Below, piece by piece: positions 25,501-39,420 of a stretch of DNA of 64,000 nt. Numbering within the stretch: the stretch's first letter is position 1; each line of letters opens with the position of its first letter. A program made the translations under genes and the position numbers. Origin of the DNA: Euglena gracilis (lineage: Eukaryota); contig CP154954.1 of assembly GCA_039621445.1 (NCBI GenBank), positions 3,725,715 through 3,789,714 of the forward strand. The letters are read 5' to 3'. A model generated the notes under the pieces. It ran no database searches. It worked only from the letters and a program-made list of their open reading frames with translations, and had not been told where the DNA came from.

Positions 25501-25949
25501 ATTTTGGCCTTTTTTCGGAGATGTGGTGTTGCGCCATGGAGCTCGCCGCTGCGCGAGGGGTAAGGGCCTTTGGCAAGTGGCACGCCTAGTCCCCAATGCG
25601 GAACCTTTTTTTTTATTTTTATTTTTGCATCAATCTGCAGTGGCGGTGGTGTTGAATTATGTTGCATGCTTGTTTTTATTTTGAAAAGGCAAACAACGTG
25701 TGTGTGTGTGTGTGTTTTTGAGGAATAACACCCAAATACATGAAAAAGCAGGGAAATTTCATTGAAAATCCTCATTATGAAACACCCAAACCACATTTTT
25801 GAATCCTAATGAGTTTTTTTTTGAACACCAAAACTGTCAAAGAAAAAATGAAAGAAAGCAATTCTTTGACCTTTTCCTTTTTCAGGGAGAGAATTTTTAA
25901 GGCGAAAATGGCTCAGAAGTTCAGAAAAGATGTAATAATAATCATTTTT

Positions 25950-26620
25950 ATGTAATATACATACATATACATGTATATATACACATAACGTAGTATATTT
26001 ATACACATACGTATTTATTTTGTGTGTTATATATATATATGTATGTATATGTATATCCTATGTATATATACATTACATATCCTATTAAAATATATATTAC
26101 GGCTATATATTATATTTATACATACATACATCATACATATATGTATATATATGTTGATATATATCTTATCTGTGTGTGCGTGTATATATATATATATATA
26201 TATATAGATAATATATATATATGATATAGATATATAATATATATATATATATGATATATATATATCTTGTGGGTGTACTATTATAGTATATATTAATATA
26301 TATATATTATAGTAATATATAGAGTATATATAATATAGTATAATATAATATATAGAATAGCGGCGAGTGTTAAGTTAGTTAGTATACCCCCCCAGGGGGT
26401 ACTAAATTTAACGAAGTTATCGATGGCCATAAATACAAGAAGCCTTAGTGGGGTACTAAACCTTAAACTAAAACACTTGCCATATAGAGATAGAGCATAT
26501 ACATGTACACGGGACGATATATAAATATATATACTATGTGCTACATGTATAGTTAGAATGGTAATGATAAATATGATTTAATATACATAATAACACATAA
26601 TAAGTGCATAATATATGAAA
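25950..26620. repeat. (TA)n-rich microsatellite block with a small TIR insertion at ~26362-26481
   Basis: TATA tracts. GGCGAGTGTT / AACACTTGCC inverted ends. Confidence 0.85.
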
Positions 26621-26764
26621 AGCATACACAGTTGGCAATTTGTTTATTTTGGATGCTGTTCCCCCCCTGTTTTCCTCGATTTTAACAATACTTTTTAAAA
26701 ACCGCACACAAGGTTTTGCACCAAATTCTTTTATGAATACATGTACCATCCGTCCCTATTTGAC

Positions 26765-29688
26765 CAGGTTTTGAATAGTGCTGAGCTCTTGATGGGACTT
26801 GCACGCAATGGGCTGCCGAAAAGAGAGCATTGCAAATTTCGCATTATTTATGATTTACAAGTTACACACCTGTAATTTGGTGTCCGGGGGTTGGAAAACG
26901 CTCATTTTGGGCTCGAAAACAACTTTTTTCCGGGTCTGTGATGCCCAAAAAACATGGGGTTGGGCATTTTTTTGTTAATTTTTTTTACTTTTTGACCCGA
27001 AAATGACCCAAAATCCACAGGTTTCAGGCCAAAAAACACCGGGGAGTCAAAAAACGCTCATTTTCGGCTCAAAAACAGTTTTTCCAGGTCCGGGAGGCCA
27101 AAAAAACATCGTTTTGGGCAAAACTTTTTCTTTTTTTTCGATCTTTTTTGGACCTAAAAATGGCCGAAAACGGCCAAGTCAAAACAGGCCAAAACGGTGC
27201 AAAATGGCCAGAATTGGCCGAAAATGGCCGTCATTTGGGCTAGGGGGGGAGTTGCGAGGAAGGGCATTTTAAGGGCCTCAATTTTGGACTCCGGACATTT
27301 CCTTGATTTTGCTTCATTTCCGAGAGAGATATACACATATATTTTTGAAGCGTCAATTTTTTTGACCCTGAAAACAGCCCAAAATGGCCCCGGATATGAA
27401 ACTGGGGCTACACAAACAGTTGGGGGAAAAGTTAAGACAGTGCATTCCAAGGGCTTCATTTTTGCTCTCCGGACATTTCCTTTCATTTTGCTTCATTGCC
27501 GAGATATTTTTGGAAAAACCGATTTTTTGAGCAAAAAAATGGCCCACCCCAAGAATGGCCGTTTTGGGCCACAAAAGCGCGCCGGAACACGAGACAGCCG
27601 CCTCTGCAGCCAAAGCAACCGGGGGGTGATAGAGGGCCTCTGGGGGTACATTTCGGCAGACCGACATTTCCGGAAATAATGTACGTTTTCTTGAGAAAAT
27701 TTTCTTGGAAAAATCATTTTTTGACCGAAAATCTCACCCTGGTGAAATGGCAGAGTCGGAAGAGGGGTGCGGGGGGGCCAATCCAACCCAGTTTGGACCC
27801 CTTCGCGGCTGAATAACTCGGACCTCGCGGGGAGTCGGGGGTTTAACGGAGGTGATTTGGAAACTTAGGGGACGCGGGGGGGAACACCCCTTTTGATTTT
27901 TGAAGCAACTGATCACCGATACAAGATTATCGAAAATAAGAGATGTTTGAATGCTGTGTCATCTGTCAAAAGACGCTGAAAAAAGCTTTTGATCGAAGCT
28001 TTAGATCCAGGGGTGCAATGGCATGCAGTGTTAAATCTGAGTAACCCCCCCCCCCCAAATAACCCCCCCCCCCCTGGTGTGTTATTTGGGCACCCGAACT
28101 GTGGCCCCAGAGGGGGGTGTGTTATTTGGGGGGGGGGGGTGTTATTTTTACATGGAAAACCAAAGGAGAACGGGGGGGAGGTGTTATTCCGGCGCTCGAA
28201 ATCGGCCCCCGAGGGGGTGTGTGTTATTTGGGGGGTGTTCTTTGGGGTGTTATTTGGGGGGGGGTTTACAATGGGTGGCGGCATCGACGTTTCACCAATA
28301 ACAGATTTTAGGGAATCAAGGGTTTTCAACTGAAATACTCTCTGATGGCTATTTCGATGACAAATACACTTATTTGGAGAGTGATTCTTCCCAGGTTTAA
28401 GCTGCTCACATATTGTGGTTCTTGAAATTGAGGAATAATTTTTGAAAAGCTGGTAACTTCTACGGATAGATAAATTCCACAAATAGATGCCGAGCCCCGA
28501 TTGCATATCTCCAGGGAGCACAGATTTAACTGAATGATCATGAAAACTGAAATGAAAGGACTGAAAGAACTGAAAGGAAAAAAGAGTGTGGGTGTTTTTG
28601 GCTGGTTCTTTCCTTGGACAGGACGTCTGGGGCTTGGTTTATGACTAAATTTGCCTGCAAATGGGGGATCAAAAGCGTTAAAAAATAGATATGCCCCCCC
28701 CCCCAAGGTGTCGCTTCGCGACCCCTCTGGGGGGGGTCCAGCTTAGAAGTTGGAAAATTATTGGCTGGCTGGAAAAAGGCTGCTGGTTGACACCCCTTCC
28801 CCACCCCATGGGGGTCCCCCGGCTGGAAATGGGCCCGAGCCGGGGTCAAACCGGATACCAAAGAATCGAAACGGCAAATAATCCCAAACCGCCAATCATT
28901 GAAAACATCGATATTTGGCCAAAAATATGCCGCCAGCCCAAATCTGACCCAACTTTGATAATTTTTGGCCCATTTTTGCACCTGCTAAAGCCAAAAATCC
29001 ATTTGTGTTTGTGTGGTGAGCAGGCTTTTTTTTTTAGTCGGGCGCCTGCCCACGGGGTGGGTTGTGGGTGGGTTGGGGGTGGGTTGGGCAGGCACCCCGA
29101 TCCCATTTTCTTTCTTGGAATCTCTCTTATATAAGCAAGCACAAGCATATGCTTGCCTCTCCATTCTTGGATTGGGGGGGGGGCTGATCCAAGAGTCTCC
29201 ACTTTGCCGGCCGACATGACCAGGGCTCCCCATGACACGTGCAAGGAAAAATTCCTTCCTCGGGAAAAATCTGGCCTGTCAAAATTGGGACCGCTGGAAA
29301 GACGGGAAGGGTGATGGTAAGGTCGGAACCCCCCATCCCGCCAGGAAGGGGGTAGGGACCCTTTTGGCAAGGACCCACCCGACCCTTGGTACCCCCGGTT
29401 GCCCCCCCCCCCCCAACCCCTAAAATCCTACCCAGTTTGGACCCCATCGCGCGTGAATAACTCGGGCCTGGCGGGGAGTTGGGGGTCAACTCCGGGTGAT
29501 TCGGAAACTAGGAATCCAGTCGCTCGCGACTTGAAAAAAAAAATCCGGGAACCGGCCCGGGATCATGGTGATAATCCGTCGGTTCCCGAGGTGGCCCCGA
29601 CCCGGGGGGGGGGGGCGGGGGGTCGAGGGGGGGGTTTCGCCGGTGGTAAGCTTCGCTCTTACCCATAAAGGGATAAGAGCTCAGCGAC
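26765..29688 (+). mobile_element. Related asymmetric element with nested insertions
   Basis: gac|CAGGTTTTGAATAGTGCTGAGCTCT ... GGTAAGCTTCGCTCTTACCCATAAAGGGATAAGAGCTCAGCGAC|c. Confidence 0.7.
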
Positions 29689-29966
29689 CCCCCCCCCCTG
29701 CGGGCCAGGAGGGGGGGGTGGGGGGGACACCCCCCCACCTAAACCATGTACGCCCTCCTTATATCGAACCCTGGTGTAGACCTACCCTCGGGAATCACAC
29801 CAACCACACAAGGTGAGTGTATGTCCCTACAGCACTGGAATTACACCAGAGTTGCTCACCCAGCCACGCGGAGCAACACAAGAGCACTGGTGTAAGGGGT
29901 CCCTGGCCACTCACCACCAGGCTTTTTGTTTACCGACCGGGGAGGGAGGGGGTGGGTCAGTGCTAC

Positions 29967-30691
29967 CAGGGTTTCCCACATATTCGTGCTAGGGACCCTC
30001 AATTCTGCTTCGTGATTATTCGTGATTATTCGTGATTATTCGAGATTATTCGTGCTACCCAAAAATCGCCCGGTTCTTCAATAAACCTGCCCAGAAACCC
30101 CAATGCACACTCCTCATCTGACTTGTGTACCACCTCCAACGGCAGAAATATCAAAAACGAAGCTTTTTTGCCACCTAGATTGCACAACAATCTTGAACAT
30201 GAAGTAAAGCAGACAGAAAGCGACGCCAATGAATGACGTTGTTGCCGAAGCGTGTGGTGTTGCACTGTGCTGTCCATGGGCAGAAAGGGTCAGATCATAT
30301 GTTGAACAGAGAAGTGCTGCTCAACATCGGAACATCATGACAGCGGCTTGACGCGATGTCTTCCACAAACTTTGGCTTGAAATCTTGGAACATCGCCCAA
30401 CCCACTAAGGCAATCACAAAAGCCAAAAATCATAAGGGTTGGGATGGCATCTGAGCAGCACACTTCATATTTCCACCTTCCCTTTTGAGGAGGATTGCTC
30501 TTTGATTGAGGCGTCATTCTCAGAAGAAGACATTCTGCACTGAGAACAAAAAAAACTGATCCAGGTCGTTTGTGGAAATTTGTGATTATTCGTGATTATT
30601 CGTGATTATTCGTGATTTTGGTAAATCCCCAAATTCGTGCTGGTTTTGATTATTCGTGATTATTTGTGGCACAAATTTGTGGGAAACCCTG
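29967..30691. mobile_element. CAGGGTTTCCCACA TIR element with (TTCGTGATTA)n subterminal repeats
   Basis: 14-bp perfect TIR. No clear TSD. Confidence 0.75.
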
Positions 30692-32013
30692 GTACTTTTC
30701 CCACTGTTCGACACAGCCATTTTCGGGGGGTGGAGGGTCAAAAAACCAATGTTTTCAAAATTTCTCGAAAATGATGCAAAATCAAAGGAAATGTCCAGAC
30801 ACCTAAATTGAAGCCCTTGGGACGCTCTATCTACTGGGATTATGGGTTCCCCGCAACTCCCCGCGTAGCTCGAGATACGGGCGTTTTTTTTTTGGCCAAT
30901 TTAGGCCATTTTAGGCCATTTTGTACACTTTTTCCACTGTTCGACTCAGCCGTTTTCGGCCAAAAAAGTCGAAAAAAATCAAAAAATTTTTTTTGCCCGA
31001 AACGATGTTTTTTGGCCTCCCGGACCCGGAAAAACTGCTTTTGAGCCGAAAACGAGCGTTTTACGACCCGCCGGCGCCCCGTTTTGGGTCGCCAACCCAT
31101 TGATTTTGGGTCAAACCCGGGTCAAAAAAGTCGAAAAAAATCGAATTTTTTTTTTGCCCGAAACGATGTTTTTTGGCCTCCCGGACCCGGAAAAACTGTT
31201 TTTTTGAGCCGAAAACAAGCGTTTTTCGACCCGCCAGCGCCCCGTTTTGGGCCGCCGACCCATTGACTTTGGGGTCAAACCCGGGCCAAAAAAAGTCGAA
31301 AAAAATCGAAAAAATTTCATTGTCCGAAACGATGTTTTTTGGCCTCCCGGACCCGGAAAAACTGCTTTTGAGCCAAAAACGAGCGTTTTTCGACCCGCCA
31401 GCGCCCCGTTTTGGGCCGCCAACCCATTGAATTTGGGTCAAAACCGGGTCAAAAAAGTCGAAAAAAATCGAAATTTTTTTTTTGCCTGAAACAATGTTTT
31501 TTGGCCTCCCGGACCCGGAAAACCTGTTTTTGAGCCGAAAACGAACGTTTTTCGACCCGCCAGCGCCCCGTTTTGGGCCGCCGACCCATTGACTTTGGGT
31601 CAAACCCGGGTCAAAAAAAGTCGAAAAAAATCGAAATTTTTTTTTTGTCCGAAACGATGTTTTTTGGCCTCCCGGACCCGGAAAAACTGCTTTTGAGCCG
31701 AAAACGAGCGTTTTTCGACCCGCCGGCGCCACGTTTTGGGCCGCCAACCCATTGATTTTGGGTCAAAACCGGGTCGAAAAAGTCGAAAAAAATCGAAAAT
31801 GAGCGTTTTTCAACCCCCTCCCAAGCCCAGGCCGGGCCGGCCGGGCGGCTGGGTCGCCGGGCTGCTGGGCCGCCAGCCGGACCGCCGGGCCGCCGGGCCG
31901 CCGGCCGGGCCGCCAGGCCGCCGGCCGGGCCGCCGGGCCGCCGGGCCGTCGGGCCGGGGTCAATGAAGGGGTGGGGGCGCGCTTATAAAGAGCTCAGCAC
32001 TATTCAAAACCTG
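30692..32013 (-). mobile_element. Inverted partial copy of the same element, containing a ~163-bp tandem array
   Basis: Start motif on the minus strand at 32013. Unit anchor CGGACCCGGAAAA at 31021, 31182, 31348, 31511 and 31674. Confidence 0.75.
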
Positions 32014-32621
32014 GTCCGGACCACCCCCCCCCCCAAATTGCAAGGGGGGTCCGAACCGACCCTCGGGGGGGTTCCCGGGACCCCCCCCAAAAAGGGTCAA
32101 TTTTTTCCTCCGGCGCTTTGCGCCGAAAATTTTTTGCATTTTTGGCACATTTTTGCCCAAAAAGAGCCCAAAATCGCACTTTTGGTCGTTTTGGGGGGGT
32201 CAAAAATTTTCGGCCAGGCGCTTCGCGCCGGGCCGAAATTCGGCCACCCTGACCACGCACCTGTTTAGGTGGGGGGGGGGTGTCCCCCCCACCCCCCCCC
32301 TCCTGGCCCGCCGGGGCGTGTTCCGGACCCCCCCCCCCCCCTCTCCTTATATCGAACCCTACACCCTTGCGCCGTGCTGCTCTTGCCTCCTGCCCTCTTC
32401 CCACTTTTCTGTGTGTGTGGGTGGTGCATGGCACAGACTGGCTTGGACCCCCGGGGGATGGGGAACCCTCTGGCTTGAGCGACGCCCTGACCCCCCTCCC
32501 TGCAAGCTGGTGAGCAATGTACAGCACTGCAAGTAAATAAACAAAAAGAACACAAAGCTAATGCCTTAAATGCATTTGACAACACAAAATAAAGCAAGAA
32601 TGCAAAAAAATGGGATGGGAT

Positions 32622-32900
32622 CAGGGATTTTTTTAAGTTTGGACCCCCGGGGGGGGGAGGGGGGGGGTAGGGTGGGTAGGTCCGGCCGAGCCCCCCCCCC
32701 CCCCCCCCCGGGGTCCCCCCGGAGGGGGGTGGGATATACTTTTCGGCGCCGCAGGCGCCGAAAAAATTCTATTTTTAGCACTTTTCGCGATTTTTCGGCC
32801 ATTTTTTTTGTGGGTCCCCCGGACCCCCCCCAGGGGGGGGGGCCCCCCCAGGGGTGGGTGGGTGAGGGGGGGACCCCCCCCGGTCTTAAAAAAACCCCTG
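32622..32900. mobile_element. hAT-like MITE, longer relative of intron 9045-9178
   Basis: TSD gatgggat at 32614-32621 and 32901-32908. Ends CAGGGATTTTTTTAAGTT / CCCCGGTCTTAAAAAAACCCCTG are the reverse complement of the intron element's ends. Confidence 0.92.
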
Positions 32901-35900
32901 GATGGGATCACCATGTTGCCGACCGAAATCATGTCAAAAGTGAACTGATCCATTGTTGTTTTCTTCCCCTCAGATTGGCCATTTGGGTTTTGTAAAGCAC
33001 TCCAAATGGCCAAATTGCTATCCGGTTTTGGAAAATTACCGTGCCAATTTGGCCATTTCCCCCCAATTGACCTTCCGGCCTGGGGAATCCCCCCCCCCCA
33101 AATTGGCCATTTTGGTCAAAAATGGGGGGCCCCCGTGCCAGATTGCCCCCCCCCAGATTGCCATTTGGGGGTCCAAGGTGGCCAATCAGGGGGGGGGTGA
33201 GGGTACGCTGACACCTCATCCCTTTATGGGTAGAGTGAAAACCCCCATAAAAAACCTCCAGACTCCCCCTCCCAAGTTGGATGGCTTGGGAGATTTGATA
33301 TGACCCGACTCCTGACCCCGCAATCCTGTTTGGTCCCGCTTTCCTTGAACCCTCGCATGAATCCAGATTTTTTTCACCCAGCCTGCGTCATGCCTCGTTT
33401 TATGGCCCAGAAAAGGACGGAAAACTGCGAAAGTGGGTCCTCAAAGTTTTCAAAAACAAAATCAAGCCTGTGCAATACCTCACGCAATGAGGTTTTGATT
33501 TCCTGTTGCAACACACCTGGTCCCTTGAAAAAATGGTTTTGTTTTCCCGACTCTGCTGCTTTTTGGCAAAGTTTTTGGGTAATTTTTTTTCCGAATCAAT
33601 TTTTGCTCAAAAAAGGTACAGAGTCCAAAAATCAAGAATTGTGTCCCAGACGCCAGCTTTTACACGCAAACTACCGTCTGGGACATACAGATGAACGGGG
33701 GCTCTGGCTCCACTGCCAAACTGGCCTCTGGGACGCACGGTCAATAAACCATAAACATCGTTCCTGGGCACAATGCTGCGCTCACAGTGTCGCCAAATGT
33801 TACCAAGGCGATCCACAAAATATTTCCAATCCTTTTGTTTCCAATCCACTTTTTTTGTGTGGCAAATGACGTCACAATTCTCGCTGTATTGCACAACTGC
33901 TTTCATAAAATCCTCAGGAATGCTCTTCACCGGTCTCGACGTCCCAGTCTGAAGGGCACCATGTCCGCCATTACTTTGTGGTATGTGGGTGTTACTGGTT
34001 GCATGATCCATGCGGGGGAAATGCCGTCCGCATAATCCCGCATATTCCAAATAATCCAGCATAATTTGCTTTTTGGAAAACCTGAAAAAAGAAAAGACCA
34101 AGCAATGCATTTCCAAAAGTTTTTTCTGCTTCAGATAAAATTTTGTATCATCCTTGCAGCGTGTTTTGTGTAATTTTCTACGTAGCAATTATAATTATGC
34201 ATTACACAGGGTGAATTTTTTTGACCTCATAATCCCGCACAATCCCGCATAATTTTCAAGGTCAAAAATTGACCCCAAAAGCGCTTTATCAGGCCACCCA
34301 GGTATTTTTTGCAATTTTGGGCCATTTTTCTCAATCAATGCTCTTTTCACTTTTTCCTTGACCCAATTTGATGGATTTTTGTGATTTCTCTAATGTTTTT
34401 GTTGAATTGTCTTGTTGTGCAGAGGAGGTTATTTCCCTTTTCATATGCCGACCGGTCTAATGTCGGATTTGTCTAATGTCGCTATCAAATCATGACAACA
34501 TAACTTTCATCGAACAAAAAAATGTTGGAAAAGCAAAGAAAAAGTGCTCAGGGGTGTGTGTTTGTCACGACTTTTGTCTCAACATAAAACCATTTGACAT
34601 TAAACCCATCTAGATATGACAGGGGGGTATGCATGGGGGGCCGGGAACTTCTTAAGACGAAGGTCACCAACCTTTTCATTTTCAAATTTTGATTGCTTTT
34701 TGATTTCTGATTGAGTTTTGATTTTGATAAATTCCGACATAGCTGGATTTAGGCTTTTGCCTGTTTTCGGGCCAGGGCGCAGCATAAGAAAATTTGACCC
34801 CCCAGGGGGTCCTGCCAGCCTGCAGCTTTTTTTCCAGCCAGCAGCCTTTTTCCAGCCTGGGACCCCCCTCCCCCCCTTAACGAGTTTATTTATTTCCAGC
34901 CGCCCGAAGGGCGGCAGGACGGTGATGTATTTATCGTTGGGGGGGGGGGCAAGAATAGACCCACAATGGGTCAACATAGGCGATAATGGGATGGGACAGG
35001 GCTGGCCAGAGGCAAATCCAGGGTCCAAACAGATCGATTTGTTTTTGCATAATTGGCAGTTTTGTTGGGCATTTTTACAATTCCGATTTCTTTGTACCCA
35101 GTTTGACCCCAGCTCGGGCCCACCCCAGGACCCCTATGGGGGGGAGGGGGGAGTCAGCCAGCAGCCTTTTTCCAGCCAGCCCAAATTCTCCAGCCTCTGA
35201 GCTGGGTTGTTAAAACAAACGCCCTGTTTCGGGCACCAGCAGACCCAGCCCAGCAGCCGGTCAGACATACCCTCCGCACCGACCCTCTTTTCCAGTCAGA
35301 ACCTTTTTTCAACCGGCGGGCTGGATACCTCTGGGTCCTTGAAAATCTGCTGATGAGGAGGGGGAGTCCCGGCCTCTGGGCTTCCCAAATCTCCCTGCAA
35401 AGTCATTTGTTATTTTTTTGTAATGTTCTATATGTTATGTTTCATTCTTTAATTTCATTTATAATTATTATTCAGATATGTTATATGTTTTTTATTATTA
35501 TTACTTATTCATTGCTGTGCCCCCCCCCCCCCCGAGCTGTTCCCGCCACTGGGACCCTTTATGGCCCAATGGGAACTTGGGGGGGTGAACAGCTCGGGGG
35601 GGGGGGGACCTGCAGAACCAGGTTTAAGTTAGCGTTGGCCTTGCACAGAGTGTCAGACCCCCCCGGGGGGGATGCGGCAATTTTTTTTCGAAATTATTGG
35701 GGATCATGCGGTATGTGCGGGATTATGCGGGATCATGCAAAGAATGCAGAGTAAAAGTGAATGGAATTGCTGTTCTTTTGCATTCATGCAAAATTGTAAT
35801 CCTGCAATTTTGGCCTGAAATACTCGACCAAATGCCCAAAGACTGCCCAAGATGGCCCAGAATGGCCCCAAGGAGCCTGTTTTATCAGTCGTGAACAAAA

Positions 35901-38209
35901 TCCGCCTAAAATGACGCAAAACGGCTCTGGGTGACCCGCGAAAGCGGTCTCAAGGACAAATGGCTCTGAAACCCCATAAGATAATAACACACATATAACA
36001 AACAAAATATAACATATACGTATATAAATGACAAAAAAATTGAATACATTGCCCCCCCAAACTGTCCCAGAAAAAATAGGCGTCAAAAGTGTTTATGATG
36101 TTGAGATAAATTGGAGGTGTTATGTACTTGATTTGCTTGTAATAGTGTTGTCCCCCAGAACTCTTTTTGTGATCATGCAAGCGGGGGAGGGGCGTCCAGA
36201 CTACCCACCCCCCAGGGGGAAGGGTGGGGTGTGTTTACACCACCCCCTTCAGATTTGAGGGGGGGAGCGGGACCCCCAGAACCCAAATTATATTATTTTT
36301 TAATTTAAATACAATATACACCCAACGACCGATTTTTCCTTGCACTTCGAACCATGCACCATGCATTTTTCCATTTCAAAAAAGTTTGCATATGCCACCG
36401 ACTTGTTTACACTTTATCTCAAAGAATTTTGTGCCTCATCCCAAAAGTATATGCCTCCGAAAGTTTTGCTCTTGGATCGGGTGTTTTGCACAGATGCCCT
36501 TTGAAACTTCAACCGGAGTGGATCTTTTTTTCATTGGTGCAGTGTAAAGCTTTTTTCACTCAAATAATAAAATGACGGAGTGCAAAATTTTTCGGAATAA
36601 GTGCAAGTGTGCAAAGTTTTTTTGAGACCTTTGGGCAATTTTTTTGAAGGCGCTGGGCAAAACTTTTGACACGTTGGGGCATTTTTTTTTTTGCCAGGTG
36701 TGGGCAAACATTTCGGACACTGGTGTGATTATTTTTTAATCGACAGATATGATTTCTTGGGTGTAGTTTGGCTGATTTTTATTAAAAAAATGTGTGCAAA
36801 GGCGAGATTTTTGGGCGTTTGGGCGTTTTTTTTTAGCCCCAAGTTTTCTGTGCAGGGGAAGGGTCCGACTCCCCCCTATCTGCTCACTTGATTTCCTGCC
36901 CTCAAGAAACATTCCTTTTTCTTGACCCTTTGTAAGTTTTCAAAATTCTGACAACACTGGCTTCCAGGAACGAACATTTCATCAAAATGTGTGAAGCCAC
37001 CCGCGTTCGGTCTCTCATTTGTTCTCATATGTGTGCCAGGTGCAGCTGACAAACAATGGTCTGCATGGATGAAACTTTAGGTCGTTTTATTGCGCCCACC
37101 GTTGTGGCAAATTTTCGTTGGGAAGAGGGCAGATTCGCACCCCAGATTCCGCCTCTATTGGCTCTTCGGCAGGTTGAATAAAAAAATAGCTGACACCAGG
37201 CAGGCAAAAAAGACAGACAAACTAGCTAACAGGCATCCTTGTGTCAATTTGCTTTTGTTCAGAAGTCATCTGCCTCCACCTCTTCCCATGGCTTCTTTCG
37301 TTTCCTTGGACATGATTTCGACTCGGAGACGGACAAAATTTTGAAGGTGGTTGTCTTGTTTTGTGATCTGTTAAATCAGAAGGGTAATTGTATCAGTTTT
37401 CATTGTGTCAGTTGAATACCAGAAACCTGAAACTGAAACTCCGTCGGACTTTGGACATTCTGCGGCGTTACATTGCACACTTTGAATAAAACAGAACAAA
37501 ATGAATCGACTGAATTTCTGTTTCAGCATAGTTTTCTGACTTTTGTTTGACATTTGATCCCAAAATGGATTGAATTGAAACCTGCAGCCATCGAACTTGA
37601 TTTCAGCCCTTGATGCGACACCAATTGCAATTGCTCATGGCAATTGCTCATTGCAATGGCTTGCAATTTCCCAGGCTCCCTTTGCTCCCAGGAATATTAT
37701 GAGTTGGATCCGTTCGCCACCATCAAACTGGATTGCATCAAGCATGCCAGTGCGTTCATCCATTTGTGAAGGGTTGTTTGGTCCCAAACGTTTGTATTTT
37801 CCCTCCAGTATTTTTTTTTTTTGCAGTTTAAACAGTGCACTTTTTTTTCTGGGCTGTGGCAAATAATTTCATTTCCAGCCTGCTTGGACTCCTGGGGGGC
37901 ATCGGCATGGACGAGGTCCCTTGCCTCATGGCTTCCCCAAGGTGGTCGTGCATTGCACTGCCACCGACACCGGTCGTGCACAGGTTAACCCTCGCCCCCT
38001 CCCTCAACAGATGAACACCCAGAGACATTGTATTTTTTTAAGGCTGGTTTCCTGGGTAAACCAGTTTAGTGTGTCCGCCCCCCCCCCCCTCAAGGGGTTG
38101 GTGGCTGACTGTTTTTTTTTTTCATCCAGACCCCGGGGGGGGGGGGGGGGCGTCAACCGTCGGACCGTTGGTCAGAAATGGCCCTCCTGGCACCGAAGGT
38201 GCCACCTAT

Positions 38210-39420
38210 CAGGGATCCTCACATGTCCTGAAAAGGAAATTCACGGAAATTCACGGAGGATCACGGAAATGGATGGAAGACCATTTTCACGGAAATCACG
38301 GAAATTCACGGAAATTCACGGATGAGGCGGAGGGTTCTTTTTTTGAATGCACTTTGTTTGTGCAGATGCATTTTGATGGGACGTTTTGCACATTCTCTGC
38401 CTTCCAAACAGACAATCACGCAAGCAAAACCCCATTCAGACAATCACAGATGATTGTGTGGCCGCTTTCCTCCATTCTGGTCTCCTGGTCACAAAATTGG
38501 ACCACGAAAGCATCAGAGGTGTTCTCCAGAAATACACACCAATTGAGGGCGTGTGGGTTTTTGCTTGTTCAGAAAATGACCTTCCACCTTTCCGCCCAGG
38601 CTGCATCCAGAAGGGTCAATCGCTATATTGGTCCGCTGACAGGGTTTTGGCAATCCATTTAGGGGCAATCAAGAAGAAAATTCAAGGACAAAAGGTTGGA
38701 TATACAGGTGTGGATAGGAACTGATGAATGCACTGACGTTCTGGGCATGCGATCATAAACATTTTGGTGGGTATGCAAGGGAAGATCTACGCTGTAGCCC
38801 CCCACTTATCAACCCCCCGGGGTTGTAGGATCCGGTTTGGTTGGTCAGCTGAAGGGGGGTTTATAGGTCCCGGAATTGTTGGTGATATTCCGACCCCCAA
38901 AATGACCCCAAACCCCCGAAATTGGCATTTTTTGACAAATTTTGGTAAAAAAAAAGGCATTTTTGATGATGGTCGGTCTCAAAAAACTGCCAAAAAATCA
39001 GTTTTTCGGTGGTTTGTGGCTGGAAAAATCATTTTTTTAACCATTTTTCTTCCCCAGGTGGAGGGGGTTATAGGTCCCGGTTAGGTTGGTCGGCCCGAGG
39101 GGGGGTTTTAGGTGGGGGTGTTGTAAGTGGGGGGGGTTAGCATGCGTTCAGTTGGATTGCAGACGGCCAAAATTGGGGGTTGAGCACTCGGAATTGGCTT
39201 CAGCTGTTGTCGAGGCCCTAGAAGATCTCCAGGATTATAATATGGAGAAACAATCTGCTGCCACAACTGCCCAAATATGGCTCCGGTGCAGAATGGAATG
39301 TGGCTTTTGACCTTTTCCGGAAACAGGAAAATCACGGAAATTCACGGAAATTCACGGAAATTCACGGAAAATCACGGATGCATTTTGACCTCGTCAAGCA
39401 CGGACGTGTGAGGATCCCTG
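38210..39420. mobile_element. CAGGGATCCTCACA TIR element with (GGAAATTCAC)n subterminal repeats, 7-bp TSD
   Basis: TIR 18/19. cacctat at 38203-38209 and 39421-39427. Confidence 0.85.

Noticed and set aside
33607-34188. 193-aa ORF, possible transposase remnant
   Set aside because: No motif I can identify with confidence.
37590-37862. Fragments IIFLGAKG / CNWCRIK resembling a Transib/Chapaev-like core
   Set aside because: Too short and frameshifted. Needs a profile search.
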